Of a DNA stretch of 62,800 nucleotides, positions 1-8,824 are shown piece by piece. Within the stretch, counting starts at the first letter, position 1, and the number at the start of each line of letters is the position of its first letter. The notes below the pieces were generated by a model. That model was not told the origin of the DNA, made no database searches, and worked only from the letters and a program-made list of their open reading frames with translations. A program made the translations under genes and the position numbers. This DNA is from an uncultured Alphaproteobacteria bacterium (lineage in GTDB: Bacteria > Pseudomonadota > Alphaproteobacteria > Micavibrionales > UBA9664): assembly GCA_964010795.1 (NCBI GenBank), contig CAXGMH010000002.1, positions 1-62,800 of the forward strand, in the 5' to 3' direction.

Positions 1-292
1 TCAGTCCCAGTGTGGCTGATCATCCTCTCAAACCAGCTACTGATCGTCGCCTTGGTAGGCTTTTACCCCACCAACTACCTAATCAGCCGCGGGCTTATCC
101 TTGGGCGATAAATCTTTGATCCGGAGATATTATGCGGTATTAGCAGTCGTTTCCAACTGTTATTCCGCACCCAAGGGCAAATTCCCACGTGTTACGCACC
201 CGTCCGCCACTATCCCGAAGGATCGTTCGACTTGCATGTGTTAGGCCTGCCGCCAGCGTTCATTCTGAGCCAGGATCAAACTCTCAAGTTTG
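1..292 (-). rRNA. rrs: 16S ribosomal RNA, 5' end only (the gene continues past the window start)
   Basis: The reverse complement of 230-292 reads AACTTGAGAGTTTGATCCTGGCTCAGAATGAACGCTGGCGGCAGGCCTAACACATGCAAGTCGAACG. This is the universal 27F region followed by an alphaproteobacterial-type 5' domain. Confidence 0.95.
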
Positions 293-674
293 AATCCTGT
301 CACTGCATTTGTTTGACCGAAGCCAAACGAACGTGACATTAAAAAAAAATTTCGAAAACCTGCACTTACTGTGCAAAAGACACGCATAAGAGCAGATAAT
401 CATAGTTGTCGTATCTGACAATTACTAAGCTCATCCGCTACCTGCGCATCTCTTCTCTTATTAAACAAACTATATCCAAGAACCGGCGATAAACACAAAA
501 CTACGTGTAAGGGTTTATCGCAAACCCCCTTAAGGGCATTTAATTTTCCATGAATGGAGCTGACATTATATAGACAAAAGATTTTTAAAAATCAAGCCCT
601 AAAATCAGCTTTTTTCATTTTATTTTTCTCAGCAACTTCGTTTTCCGTTAGGGCATCGCGCTGCCGAGATCGGA

Positions 675-745
675 CTTATAGGCGAATTAGTTCCCCCATG
701 TCAAACATAAAAATGCATTTTTTTGAAAAAAAATTCAAAACCCTG
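675..745 (-). promoter_or_regulatory. Candidate rRNA operon promoter with an A/T-rich UP-like element
   Basis: On the minus strand: TTGACA (704-699), an 18-nt spacer, then TATAAG (680-675). It is preceded by GAATTTTTTTTTCAAAAAAATGCATTTTTATGT and lies about 380 nt upstream of the mature 16S 5' end. Confidence 0.5.
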
Positions 746-766
746 ATTTTCTAGGCGAAACAGCGC

Positions 767-1993
767 TTGTCCAACCTCAACGACGCGTCTAATTTCTTAT
801 CTATGATATATAAACCTGACACAGCAGAATTTTATTCTTTTCCCAAATGGCCGACTCTTTTGACGAAAGCCGGGCTGTTTGCTCTCCTTCTATATGTCGC
901 TTTTTTTACAGCGCCTATTTTACAAGAGGCCATTCAAGCTGCACTTGCAGATGCGTATATAGCCGTAAGCGCCTTTGTAGGGATGACAGTTGCCGTGTTC
1001 TACATTTTTGAAAGGCGTTTCAAATCAAATCTGGAAGCCTTTCTGGAAACACAAAAACAATGGCACATTCCCGTTGCTGCAATGCTGGGTGTGCTGCCCG
1101 GATGCGGGGGCGCCATTGTTGTCATCACACAATTCACACTTGGGCGCACAGGATTCGGAGCCGTCGTCGCGGCCCTTTGCGCGACAATGGGAGATGCCGC
1201 ATTCCTGTTGCTTGCCAAAGCACCGGAGACTGCACTGGCTATTTTTGCTGTCGCCTATATATCTGGGACGGTCACAGGCTTTATCGTCGAGCGCATTCAC
1301 GGGCGCGACTTCTTACAACGCATAAGACAAGAAGGCATGACCCTAATAGATGAAGCACGTTGCCGCATGGCGCGCTACCCCGTCCTTATTCAACTGCTTT
1401 GGTTTGGATTACTCATACCTGGCATTATTCTGGCCTTCGGGAACGCCTTCCAAATTGAAACCGACCAGTGGTTCGGAATCTATGCATCTTATGAGCCGAC
1501 AAAATTAATCGGCATTGGCGGCGCCTTATTATGTTTTGTCATTTGGTGTTTTATGCCCGGCACAGGATCAGGGCTGGTCAATCTGGCCGCACAGCCCGGC
1601 GCAGAGCACACCGTCTCTGTCTGGCAAAGAATCATCCTCGATACCAGCTTTATCACCGCCTTTGTGATTCTTGCCTTCACTGCATATGAGCTTTTGATGC
1701 ATTTCACGGGATGGGATCTTGCCTCAGCCTTTGATGCGATCGCCATTTTATTGCCGCTTATTGCTACACTTATTGGCTTTATTCCCGGATGCGGACCACA
1801 GATTATCGTCGCCACATTGCACATTAACGGGCTTGTGCCTTTCTCTGCATTACTGGCAAATGTCTTAAGTAATGACGGTGATGCCCTCTTCCCGGCAATA
1901 GCCATTGCGCCGCGCACAGCCCTGCTTGCCACATTATACACGGCCGTTCCGGCCTTAATAATCGGCTACGGATTTTACTTTATAGGGGTCTAG
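767..1993 (+). CDS. Polytopic membrane protein, ArsP_2-like putative 10-TM metal transporter
   Basis: 408-aa hydrophobic ORF. Its two halves each carry a P-G-C-G motif (LPGCGGAIVV and IPGCGPQIIVA). The start is TTG at 767; the first ATG is at 803. Confidence 0.5.
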   Translation: MSNLNDASNFLSMIYKPDTAEFYSFPKWPTLLTKAGLFALLLYVAFFTAPILQEAIQAALADAYIAVSAFVGMTVAVFYIFERRFKSNLEAFLETQKQWHIPVAAMLGVLPGCGGAIVVITQFTLGRTGFGAVVAALCATMGDAAFLLLAKAPETALAIFAVAYISGTVTGFIVERIHGRDFLQRIRQEGMTLIDEARCRMARYPVLIQLLWFGLLIPGIILAFGNAFQIETDQWFGIYASYEPTKLIGIGGALLCFVIWCFMPGTGSGLVNLAAQPGAEHTVSVWQRIILDTSFITAFVILAFTAYELLMHFTGWDLASAFDAIAILLPLIATLIGFIPGCGPQIIVATLHINGLVPFSALLANVLSNDGDALFPAIAIAPRTALLATLYTAVPALIIGYGFYFIGV

Positions 1994-2730
1994 TCTTTTT
2001 CACCCTCTTCCCAGCGCAAGCCGAATCCAAACGCTCGGTCCATACCAGGATGGCCTCGGAAATACTCCGCGTGCTTAGTCAACTTAATCTGACCGTCCTT
2101 ATTCTCGAGACTGACAAGCGCACAGATGGGCACATCCTCTTCGAAACTGTTAAGTGTAATTTCAACCGGCTTTTCACCCGGAACGCGCAAAGACACTATG
2201 GGCTGGATCTGTTGCCAGATTTGTGGGCCTTCATAAATATAGCTATAGATCAAAATACGTTTGACCTTATCCCAATGACGGGCATTGATCTGTAAGAATT
2301 CGTCATCATCAGGGGTATTCCCATTACGTTCATCCCCCGAAAGGGTGATATAAGGCGCATCATCAAAATCACCAAAGATCTCGCCGAAGGCCTGCACGGC
2401 ACCGCGGCGGCCATCCTGAAGCTCGTAAAGACAGCCCAGATCAAGATCGACACCTGTCCCGCTGACTTTTTGCATCAAGCGGTTAATAAGCCCCTCGGCA
2501 CGAATATAGACGACATTCTCCCAGGCCAGACCAACACGGATCACCGGATCGCCGTCTTGGGGAACCTTAATCAACGTCTCCAGAGTTTCACCACTAAGCT
2601 TGCGTAATTCGGGATCCATTCCCTTTTGTCGCACACCGGCAGCGCCTTTGGCTTGTCCGTGACCTGAAAATTTCGCGCGATCCCTTGTCGCTTCGCGAAT
2701 CGAATCCTGAGAAGATTTTTGACGGCTCAT
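1990..2730 (-). CDS. TerD-domain (TerA/TerD family) protein
   Basis: VDLDLGCLYEL and SGDERNGNTPDDDE match TerD calcium-binding sandwich motifs. I trimmed the start to ATG 2730, which has GAAGGGAG 7 nt upstream. The open frame extends to 2775. Confidence 0.7.
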   Translation of the reverse strand: MSRQKSSQDSIREATRDRAKFSGHGQAKGAAGVRQKGMDPELRKLSGETLETLIKVPQDGDPVIRVGLAWENVVYIRAEGLINRLMQKVSGTGVDLDLGCLYELQDGRRGAVQAFGEIFGDFDDAPYITLSGDERNGNTPDDDEFLQINARHWDKVKRILIYSYIYEGPQIWQQIQPIVSLRVPGEKPVEITLNSFEEDVPICALVSLENKDGQIKLTKHAEYFRGHPGMDRAFGFGLRWEEGEKD

Positions 2731-2766
2731 GATCTGGCTCCCTTCATATCTTGTATAAGAGTTAGC

Positions 2767-2964
2767 ATGAAACAACTAAAAGCCCAAGACATATCCCTCA
2801 TCATTGAGATGGCATGGTGTGACAAAACCGGCTTCAAAGCGATTGAGGCCGAATATGGCCTATGCGAATCGGAGGTGATGAAACTCATGAAGAACCACCT
2901 CAAACCCAATTCTTATAGAGTCTGGCGCAAACGCGTTAATCGACAGGCCAAAACTTATCCTTAG
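2767..2964 (+). CDS. DUF2805 / TIGR03643-like small protein
   Basis: The 65-aa sequence MKQLKAQDISLIIEMAWCDKTGFKAIEAEYGLCESEVMKLMKNHLKPNSYRVWRKRV fits the conserved DUF2805 pattern. I trimmed the start from 2719. Confidence 0.6.
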   Translation: MKQLKAQDISLIIEMAWCDKTGFKAIEAEYGLCESEVMKLMKNHLKPNSYRVWRKRVNRQAKTYP

Positions 2965-3042
2965 ACACAGCCTGCGCTCTTGCAATTTTCGCAGAAAATC
3001 TTTAATTCCTGATGAGTATTTAAAAGCAAAAGAGGAAAAGCC

Positions 3043-4677
3043 ATGGCCGCCTATCAATATATTTACGTTATGAAAGACCTTTCCAAAGCCTATTCAGGCG
3101 GAAAAAAGGTTATCGAGAATCTGACACTGAGCTTCCTCCCCGGCGCTAAGATTGGGGTTTTGGGGCCAAATGGTGCGGGTAAGTCGACATTGCTTAAAAT
3201 TATGGCCGGCGTAGATAAAGAATATACAGGAGAGGCCTGGTCTGCCGAGGGCACCAAGGTAGGCTACCTGCCACAGGAACCACAACTCAACCCTGATAAG
3301 TCCGTGCTGGAAAACGTCCTTGACGGTGTGGGCGAGATGCAAGATATGGTCAACCGCTTTAACGCAATCGGTGCCGAGATGGGCGACCCTGATGCGGATA
3401 TGGACGCGTTGATGACCGAGATGTCAGACCTACAGGAAAAAATTGATGCTGCCGATGGCTGGGATATCGAGCGTAAGGCTAAAATTCTGATGCAAGCACT
3501 GCACTGTCCCAAAGACGGCTCAGAGGTTGCCAAGCTTTCAGGCGGTGAGAAACGCCGCATTGCTTTGGCGCGCTTGTTAATGGATCAGCCTGATATGCTT
3601 TTACTTGACGAGCCGACAAACCATTTGGACGCTTCTTCTGTGGCATGGTTGCAAAACCACCTGACAGAATATAAGGGCACAGTCGTGATGATTACGCATG
3701 ACCGTTACTTCCTTGATAATGTTACAGGCTGGATTCTAGAGATGGATCGAGGCACAGGTATTCCTTATGAAGGCAATTACTCGGCCTATCTTGAAAACAA
3801 ACGCAAACGTCTCCAGCAAGAATCCCGCGAAGAAGAAGCGCGCCAGCGCACATTGGCGCGTGAACTTGAATGGATGCAGGCTTCACCAAAAGCCCGCCAA
3901 GCCAAGTCAAAGGCGCGTATCAATGCGTATCACGAACTGTTAAAAGACGCGCAGACACAAACCAAGAAAGACGCACAAATTGTTATCTCGCCCCCGCCGC
4001 GCCTTGGTGATCTGGTGATCGAGGCGAAGAACCTTTCTAAATCCTATGGCGACAAACAACTCTTTAGCGACCTCAGCTTTAAACTACCTCCCGGAGGGAT
4101 TGTCGGTATCGTCGGCCCTAACGGAGCGGGAAAGACAACACTGTTCCGTCTTTTGACCGGTCAGGAAACACCCGATAGCGGTGAGATTCGTATCGGAGAC
4201 ACGGTCGAGCTTGGCTATATCGACCAAAGCCGCGACTCACTCGATGACAAAAAATCGGTATGGGAAGAAATCTCCAACGGCGATGATATCTTTTATATGG
4301 GCAAGATAGAGATGAAGACACGCGCCTATGTCTCTTCCTTTAACTTCCGCGGCCCCGACCAGCAAAAACGCGTTGGTGTGCTTTCGGGTGGAGAGCGTAA
4401 CCGTGTGCATCTGGCCAAAATGTTAAAGAAGCCGTCAAACCTGCTTCTCCTTGATGAACCGACAAACGACCTCGATACCGAGACTCTGGCCGCACTCGAA
4501 GACGCGCTTGAGCGTTTCCCGGGCTGTGCCGTTGTGATCTCTCACGACCGTATGTTCCTTGACCGTATCGCCACGCATATTCTTGCCTATGAAGGCGACG
4601 GACAGGTTACATGGTTCGAGGGCAATTACGCAGATTACGAGGCAGACCTCGCACGACGCGAAGCGCAAGCTGCCTGA
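3043..4677 (+). CDS. ettA: Energy-dependent translational throttle protein EttA (ABC-F ATPase)
   Basis: 544 aa with two ABC cassettes (GPNGAGKST twice, LSGGEKRR and LSGGERNR). The N-terminus AAYQYIYVMKDLSKAY is typical of EttA. Confidence 0.92.
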   Translation: MAAYQYIYVMKDLSKAYSGGKKVIENLTLSFLPGAKIGVLGPNGAGKSTLLKIMAGVDKEYTGEAWSAEGTKVGYLPQEPQLNPDKSVLENVLDGVGEMQDMVNRFNAIGAEMGDPDADMDALMTEMSDLQEKIDAADGWDIERKAKILMQALHCPKDGSEVAKLSGGEKRRIALARLLMDQPDMLLLDEPTNHLDASSVAWLQNHLTEYKGTVVMITHDRYFLDNVTGWILEMDRGTGIPYEGNYSAYLENKRKRLQQESREEEARQRTLARELEWMQASPKARQAKSKARINAYHELLKDAQTQTKKDAQIVISPPPRLGDLVIEAKNLSKSYGDKQLFSDLSFKLPPGGIVGIVGPNGAGKTTLFRLLTGQETPDSGEIRIGDTVELGYIDQSRDSLDDKKSVWEEISNGDDIFYMGKIEMKTRAYVSSFNFRGPDQQKRVGVLSGGERNRVHLAKMLKKPSNLLLLDEPTNDLDTETLAALEDALERFPGCAVVISHDRMFLDRIATHILAYEGDGQVTWFEGNYADYEADLARREAQAA

Positions 4678-4682
4678 TATCT

Positions 4683-4874
4683 ACGCTCAAACGGCGCTAA
4701 GCCTTTCGCCGAACTGTCGGCGGGGCACGGTCGTGCCCTTAGTCTTTGTTCAAGCCGACGACCGTCGGTCGCGAACGGTTTCGCGAAAAGCCTGCGTGGC
4801 GTGAGAACGCATATATAAACACCACCCTCTCTCACTGGGAGAGGGAAGCGAAAGGCTTAGCGCCGTCCGAGCGT
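4683..4874. repeat. Composite palindromic intergenic repeat (REP/MITE-like), left copy
   Basis: Blocks 4683-4720 and 4770-4801 recur as perfect reverse complements at 8309-8346 and 8276-8307. An inverted partial copy of the first block lies at 4848-4874. Nested hairpins occur at 4722-4738, 4755-4768 and 4825-4845. Confidence 0.85.
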
Positions 4875-5069
4875 ATTACATAGAACGCCTTACGTGAATC
4901 GCCGTTTGAGCGCCCAGCATAAAGTTTTTAACACCTCTTTAACGCTTTAGCCCTACAATTAAACAGTGGAAAAGGGTGTCCCGCTCATGCTATAGTGGTA
5001 TGTAAAACGCGGGAATAATTAAATTTAAATGCGATAAATCAAGGCGTTAGCGCCGGGTGTGTAGGGACT

Positions 5070-7868
5070 ATGAGCAATTTTTTCAATCCATCTGTGGACA
5101 ATCAAAACCCACAATCAGGCAACAATAATGATGACAAAAAGCGTGGATTCTGGAGCGCTTATTGGCGTACCGCATGGCTTCCCGGTATCGGACCAAGGCT
5201 GAAACAACTCGGCTGGAGGCTGGGACATTTCGCCTATTTGCTGGCGCTTATCTATCACGCTGTGCGCCTTATTCCTGCGGGTCACCCCGTTCTTAACCCC
5301 GTTAATATCGGTAAGTTCGGTTTCCGCGATGTGATCGGCACAGCCGCAGATAACGTAAAGATGAGCCGTGAGAATCTCGATCAGGTTCTCATGTTCTTCG
5401 CCGTTATTCTCGGACTTGTGGTGATTATATTACAGTTCCTGGCTATCATCGGTATGGTGGTCGCAGATTTTGCAATCACACAAGCCAACGCCCAAGTGCC
5501 GGGCGGTGTAGGGAGTTTCTTCTCCGTCGATGACCCCACCAAGGATCTCGCTTTGGTCGGACTTGAAATGGTTTTCGGCACCGATATCTTCGGCGCAGCG
5601 GCAACTGTAACCCCGATTGTTACAGCGTTCCACGCGCTCCTCGCGTTTTTCAGCCATGTGATGCTGATTATCGCTATTATCATTTTACTTTATTATGTGA
5701 TCGTTGTGGTCAGTGAATCTGCGATGACAGGTACGCCATTCGGCCGACGCTTCAACGGTTTTTGGGCGCCCGTGCGATTGGTTGTTGCTTTCGGCCTTTT
5801 GATCCCGATGGCAAACGGCCTTAACACAGCCCAATATGTCACACTCTATGCCGCCAAAATGGGCTCCAACATGGCGTCGAATGGCTGGGCTTTGTTTACA
5901 GACACCTTCTTTGATCCATCAACTTGGGTAGTCGCACCATCCGGCCCGGATTTTGAAGAGCTTGCAGGTGCTATATTTGTAAATGAGTTATGTGCGTATC
6001 TCGTCAATGAAAATAGTGGTCCAGACACAATTACACGCCGCGTCAGAGTGCCATTAAACCCTGGTAATCCTATCTTCAGAGCGCGACAAATAATCTCTCT
6101 AGGCGGCCTTGGCTACGGCTCAACACCTCTTGAGAATTTTGACATCGGAATGATGGGAAACACTGAGACAGCCCAAAGAAATGTTCATATATATTGGACA
6201 AGAAAGGACGACCCGCTTCAAGCGCCTGACGCAACCTGCGGTGCTATTAACGTCCCGATCAAGCTGAATTCAGGTAGCAATGAATATGTAGGAAGTGAGA
6301 TTTACGAACCGCTACAGCAGTTAAGGCTGGCTTACTTTCCTGTGATTTCCGCTATGGCAATTAAACTGCTTGAATCTTCGGATGGCGGAGAAGCAACGAT
6401 ACCGACAATATATGAATTACTCAAAGCTAGCGGGCCTGATAGCGATACGCCTCCCGATATGCCATCTAACGCGATTGCCGGCGCTGTTATAAGCGCAGGA
6501 CAGGCCAGTCTTGCTGAGCGCGTTCAGGAATCCATGGAAACACTCAGATCAAATCAAGAAGACAATGATCTACAAACTATGTTGAAACAGCAAGGATGGG
6601 CAGGCGCAGGCGGTTTGTTCTACCAAATTGCGCAAATCAATGGCGAGATATATGACGCTGTTCACGAGTCGGTCCCTTCGGTAGAGCGCTCTCCGCAGAT
6701 TTTATCAGAAGACTCTCCTTTTGGACGTGTCGGTCGCTTCCTGACACAGTCAGTAGCCTGGGCCGGTCTCGGAAATAGACCCAGCGCCTTGCAGGCAGAA
6801 GCTAATCATATTCTTCCTATTGCAATGGAATGGTTCGCAAACGGATTGGAAGCCGAAAGTCGGGGTAGTGTCCCTCTGGAGAATCCTAGAAACGCGTCTA
6901 ATATTCTAAAAAGTTTTGCGTCCAGTGTTTTTGCATCTCACACATTATTTGATATGCAGAACACATATAGTGCCAACCCACTCGCACAACTGAGCGCCGG
7001 GGGTAAAGAACTGATGCAAAAATCAATGGCATGGCTTGGGATTTATGCTGCCGCCATGCTTGCAACCGAAGTTATAAGTGGCGGCCAGCTGGAAACGCTT
7101 GCTATCGTCACCTCCGGACTGGCACAAATCCTAATCACAATAGGTATGACAGCTGGTATCATATTGCATTTCATCATTCCGCTCTTACCGTTTATGTACT
7201 TCCTATTCGCAATCGTCGGCTGGATTTCCGAGATTTTCGAGGCCATTGTTGCTATGCCATTATGGGCGCTGGCTCATATCCGCATTGACGGTGACGGGTT
7301 ACCCGGACAAGCGGCTAGCAATGGCTACTATCTGATATTCGGTATATTTACACGGCCTATCTTTATATTGTTCGGCCTTATAGGCGGATACACATCCTTT
7401 ATGGCTGGTGTCTATATCCTGCACAATGTTTTTGATGGTGCGATTTCGGCTATGATGCGTGATGCCGTAGGCGCAGGGATCAGCTCTCTCGGCTTTACCA
7501 TTATGTATGTCGTTATTGTCTATAATTTGGCAAACACAGCTTTCAAAATGATTGATACAGTGCCAAGTCAAATCATGAGATGGCTTGGCTCAGGCGCACA
7601 AGGCTTTAATGATGGTCGAGATCCCGGCATTTCCAATATACAACAAGTTGCCGGGGTTGCAGGTGGTTTCCTGGGCAGCCAAGCTATGCAAGGTATGAGC
7701 AATAGCTTCAAAGAGAAAATGGGCAAAGCTCAAGGTAGAGAACAAGAAAAAGAACAAGGTAAAGCCGCTAAAATTCAAGCGGAGCGTCATGATGATCTTA
7801 TGGCAGCATTGGGCAAAAAAAGCGGTGGCTCGGATGACAGTGGCTCGCCTTCCGGCTCAAAATCATAA
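5070..7868 (+). CDS. Large polytopic membrane protein, possibly DotA/TraY-like
   Basis: 932 aa. There are 4-5 N-terminal TM helices, a soluble domain of about 380 aa, a C-terminal TM bundle containing AIVAMPLWALAHIRIDGDGLPGQAASNGYYLIFGIFTRPIFILFGLIGG, and a K/E/Q-rich tail. The family assignment is from memory of DotA/TraY topology and its C-terminal motif, and is not verified. Confidence 0.45.
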   Translation: MSNFFNPSVDNQNPQSGNNNDDKKRGFWSAYWRTAWLPGIGPRLKQLGWRLGHFAYLLALIYHAVRLIPAGHPVLNPVNIGKFGFRDVIGTAADNVKMSRENLDQVLMFFAVILGLVVIILQFLAIIGMVVADFAITQANAQVPGGVGSFFSVDDPTKDLALVGLEMVFGTDIFGAAATVTPIVTAFHALLAFFSHVMLIIAIIILLYYVIVVVSESAMTGTPFGRRFNGFWAPVRLVVAFGLLIPMANGLNTAQYVTLYAAKMGSNMASNGWALFTDTFFDPSTWVVAPSGPDFEELAGAIFVNELCAYLVNENSGPDTITRRVRVPLNPGNPIFRARQIISLGGLGYGSTPLENFDIGMMGNTETAQRNVHIYWTRKDDPLQAPDATCGAINVPIKLNSGSNEYVGSEIYEPLQQLRLAYFPVISAMAIKLLESSDGGEATIPTIYELLKASGPDSDTPPDMPSNAIAGAVISAGQASLAERVQESMETLRSNQEDNDLQTMLKQQGWAGAGGLFYQIAQINGEIYDAVHESVPSVERSPQILSEDSPFGRVGRFLTQSVAWAGLGNRPSALQAEANHILPIAMEWFANGLEAESRGSVPLENPRNASNILKSFASSVFASHTLFDMQNTYSANPLAQLSAGGKELMQKSMAWLGIYAAAMLATEVISGGQLETLAIVTSGLAQILITIGMTAGIILHFIIPLLPFMYFLFAIVGWISEIFEAIVAMPLWALAHIRIDGDGLPGQAASNGYYLIFGIFTRPIFILFGLIGGYTSFMAGVYILHNVFDGAISAMMRDAVGAGISSLGFTIMYVVIVYNLANTAFKMIDTVPSQIMRWLGSGAQGFNDGRDPGISNIQQVAGVAGGFLGSQAMQGMSNSFKEKMGKAQGREQEKEQGKAAKIQAERHDDLMAALGKKSGGSDDSGSPSGSKS

Positions 7869-7894
7869 GATAAGTCAGATAAATAATAAATTTA

Positions 7895-7928
7895 CAAAAA
7901 ACCCTCTGCGTTACGTAGGGGGTTTTTT
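7895..7928. terminator. Bidirectional rho-independent terminator
   Basis: AAAAAA, then the CCCTCTGC GTTAC GTAGGGGG hairpin (8 bp with two G-U pairs), then TTTTTT. It lies between convergent genes ending at 7868 and 7949. Confidence 0.7.
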
Positions 7929-7948
7929 CATTATGTGTGTATAGATAA

Positions 7949-8230
7949 TTAAGCGGATTGAGCTGCTGACTCGCGGACGAAGCGACGATCGCAATAGCCG
8001 CATTCAATAAAAGACTGGCCGTCAAAACTGTACCATACCTTTGGGTGCCCGAGAGCGCCATGGCCACCATCGCAAGACACACCGTCAACCGTATCAGGCA
8101 CGATAAACGTTTCAGGATGCGCAGCAGGATTCTCAGCCCGCGTCACAGCATCACTGCCTACAGGGAGCAACTCCGCTCCTGCATTGTGGCTTTTTACGCT
8201 TGGTAAGTTTTGATTTGATGTTTCACTCAT
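7949..8230 (-). CDS. zf-CHCC zinc-finger protein (NDUFS6-like C-terminal domain)
   Basis: The C-terminus VSCDGGHGALGHPKVWYSFDGQSFIECGYCDRRF matches the CHCC zinc-finger pattern. Confidence 0.6.
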   Translation of the reverse strand: MSETSNQNLPSVKSHNAGAELLPVGSDAVTRAENPAAHPETFIVPDTVDGVSCDGGHGALGHPKVWYSFDGQSFIECGYCDRRFVRESAAQSA

Positions 8231-8275
8231 TTTTATAATGTAGGAGATTTTAAAACTCTATGCAATACGTTCAAG

Positions 8276-8346
8276 CGCCACGCAGGCTTTTCGCGAAACC
8301 GTTCGCGGCCGACAGTTCGGCGAAAGGCTTAGCGCCGTTTGAGCGT
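8276..8346. repeat. Palindromic intergenic repeat, right (inverted, compact) copy
   Basis: It is the exact reverse complement of 4770-4801 plus 4683-4720, joined by a single G and lacking the 49-nt insert of the left copy. Confidence 0.85.
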
Positions 8347-8397
8347 TAAACATAGATTTCCCTTGCCACACACACGCGGATTGCGTACCACAATTAT

Positions 8398-8781
8398 ATG
8401 AGTACGCAAGTCACCATGACCGACAATCCGATTGCCGCAAAAGAATCGGCAAGCTATGTCGTGTTTAGCGTCAACACAAAACGTGCGCTAAAAAGCTATC
8501 AACTCTCTATCCTTGCCCATGAAGTCATGCATAGTGACGGACGATTAAAAGGCATAGAAGACCTAAGCGAGCGCCAAGCCGCCCTCCGCAATAACGTCTT
8601 GGAGCAAATCGAAAAAGGCGAGAGCCTGCCCCGCCCCGTTGTCGGCATCGGTATCAATGATAATTTTGAGCTTGGTGCAGGGCGCGATGTGTTTATGACA
8701 CTGGCCACTCTTGGCCACTCTACAATCGAAGTTCATATGCGCAAAAGCCAGCTAAGCGAGCTGGAAGATTTTAAAAATTAA
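8398..8781 (+). CDS. Hypothetical protein
   Basis: 127-aa ORF with no recognisable motif. It lies between the right repeat copy and uvrD. Confidence 0.45.
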   Translation: MSTQVTMTDNPIAAKESASYVVFSVNTKRALKSYQLSILAHEVMHSDGRLKGIEDLSERQAALRNNVLEQIEKGESLPRPVVGIGINDNFELGAGRDVFMTLATLGHSTIEVHMRKSQLSELEDFKN

Positions 8782-8824
8782 GAGGGTATAGACTCACCGC
8801 GCAAAAACACTACACTCAACTCTC

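Noticed and set aside
554-754. A 66-aa ORF between the 16S gene and the first CDS.
   Set aside because: It lies inside the A/T-rich rRNA promoter and leader region, has low-complexity composition and no ribosome-binding site. It overlaps the candidate rRNA promoter on the other strand.
4683-8346. The inverted repeats interpreted as ends of an insertion sequence or composite transposon.
   Set aside because: There is no transposase or integrase ORF between or near the repeats. The repeats are themselves internally palindromic, like REP/MITE elements. I report this only as a bracketing observation.
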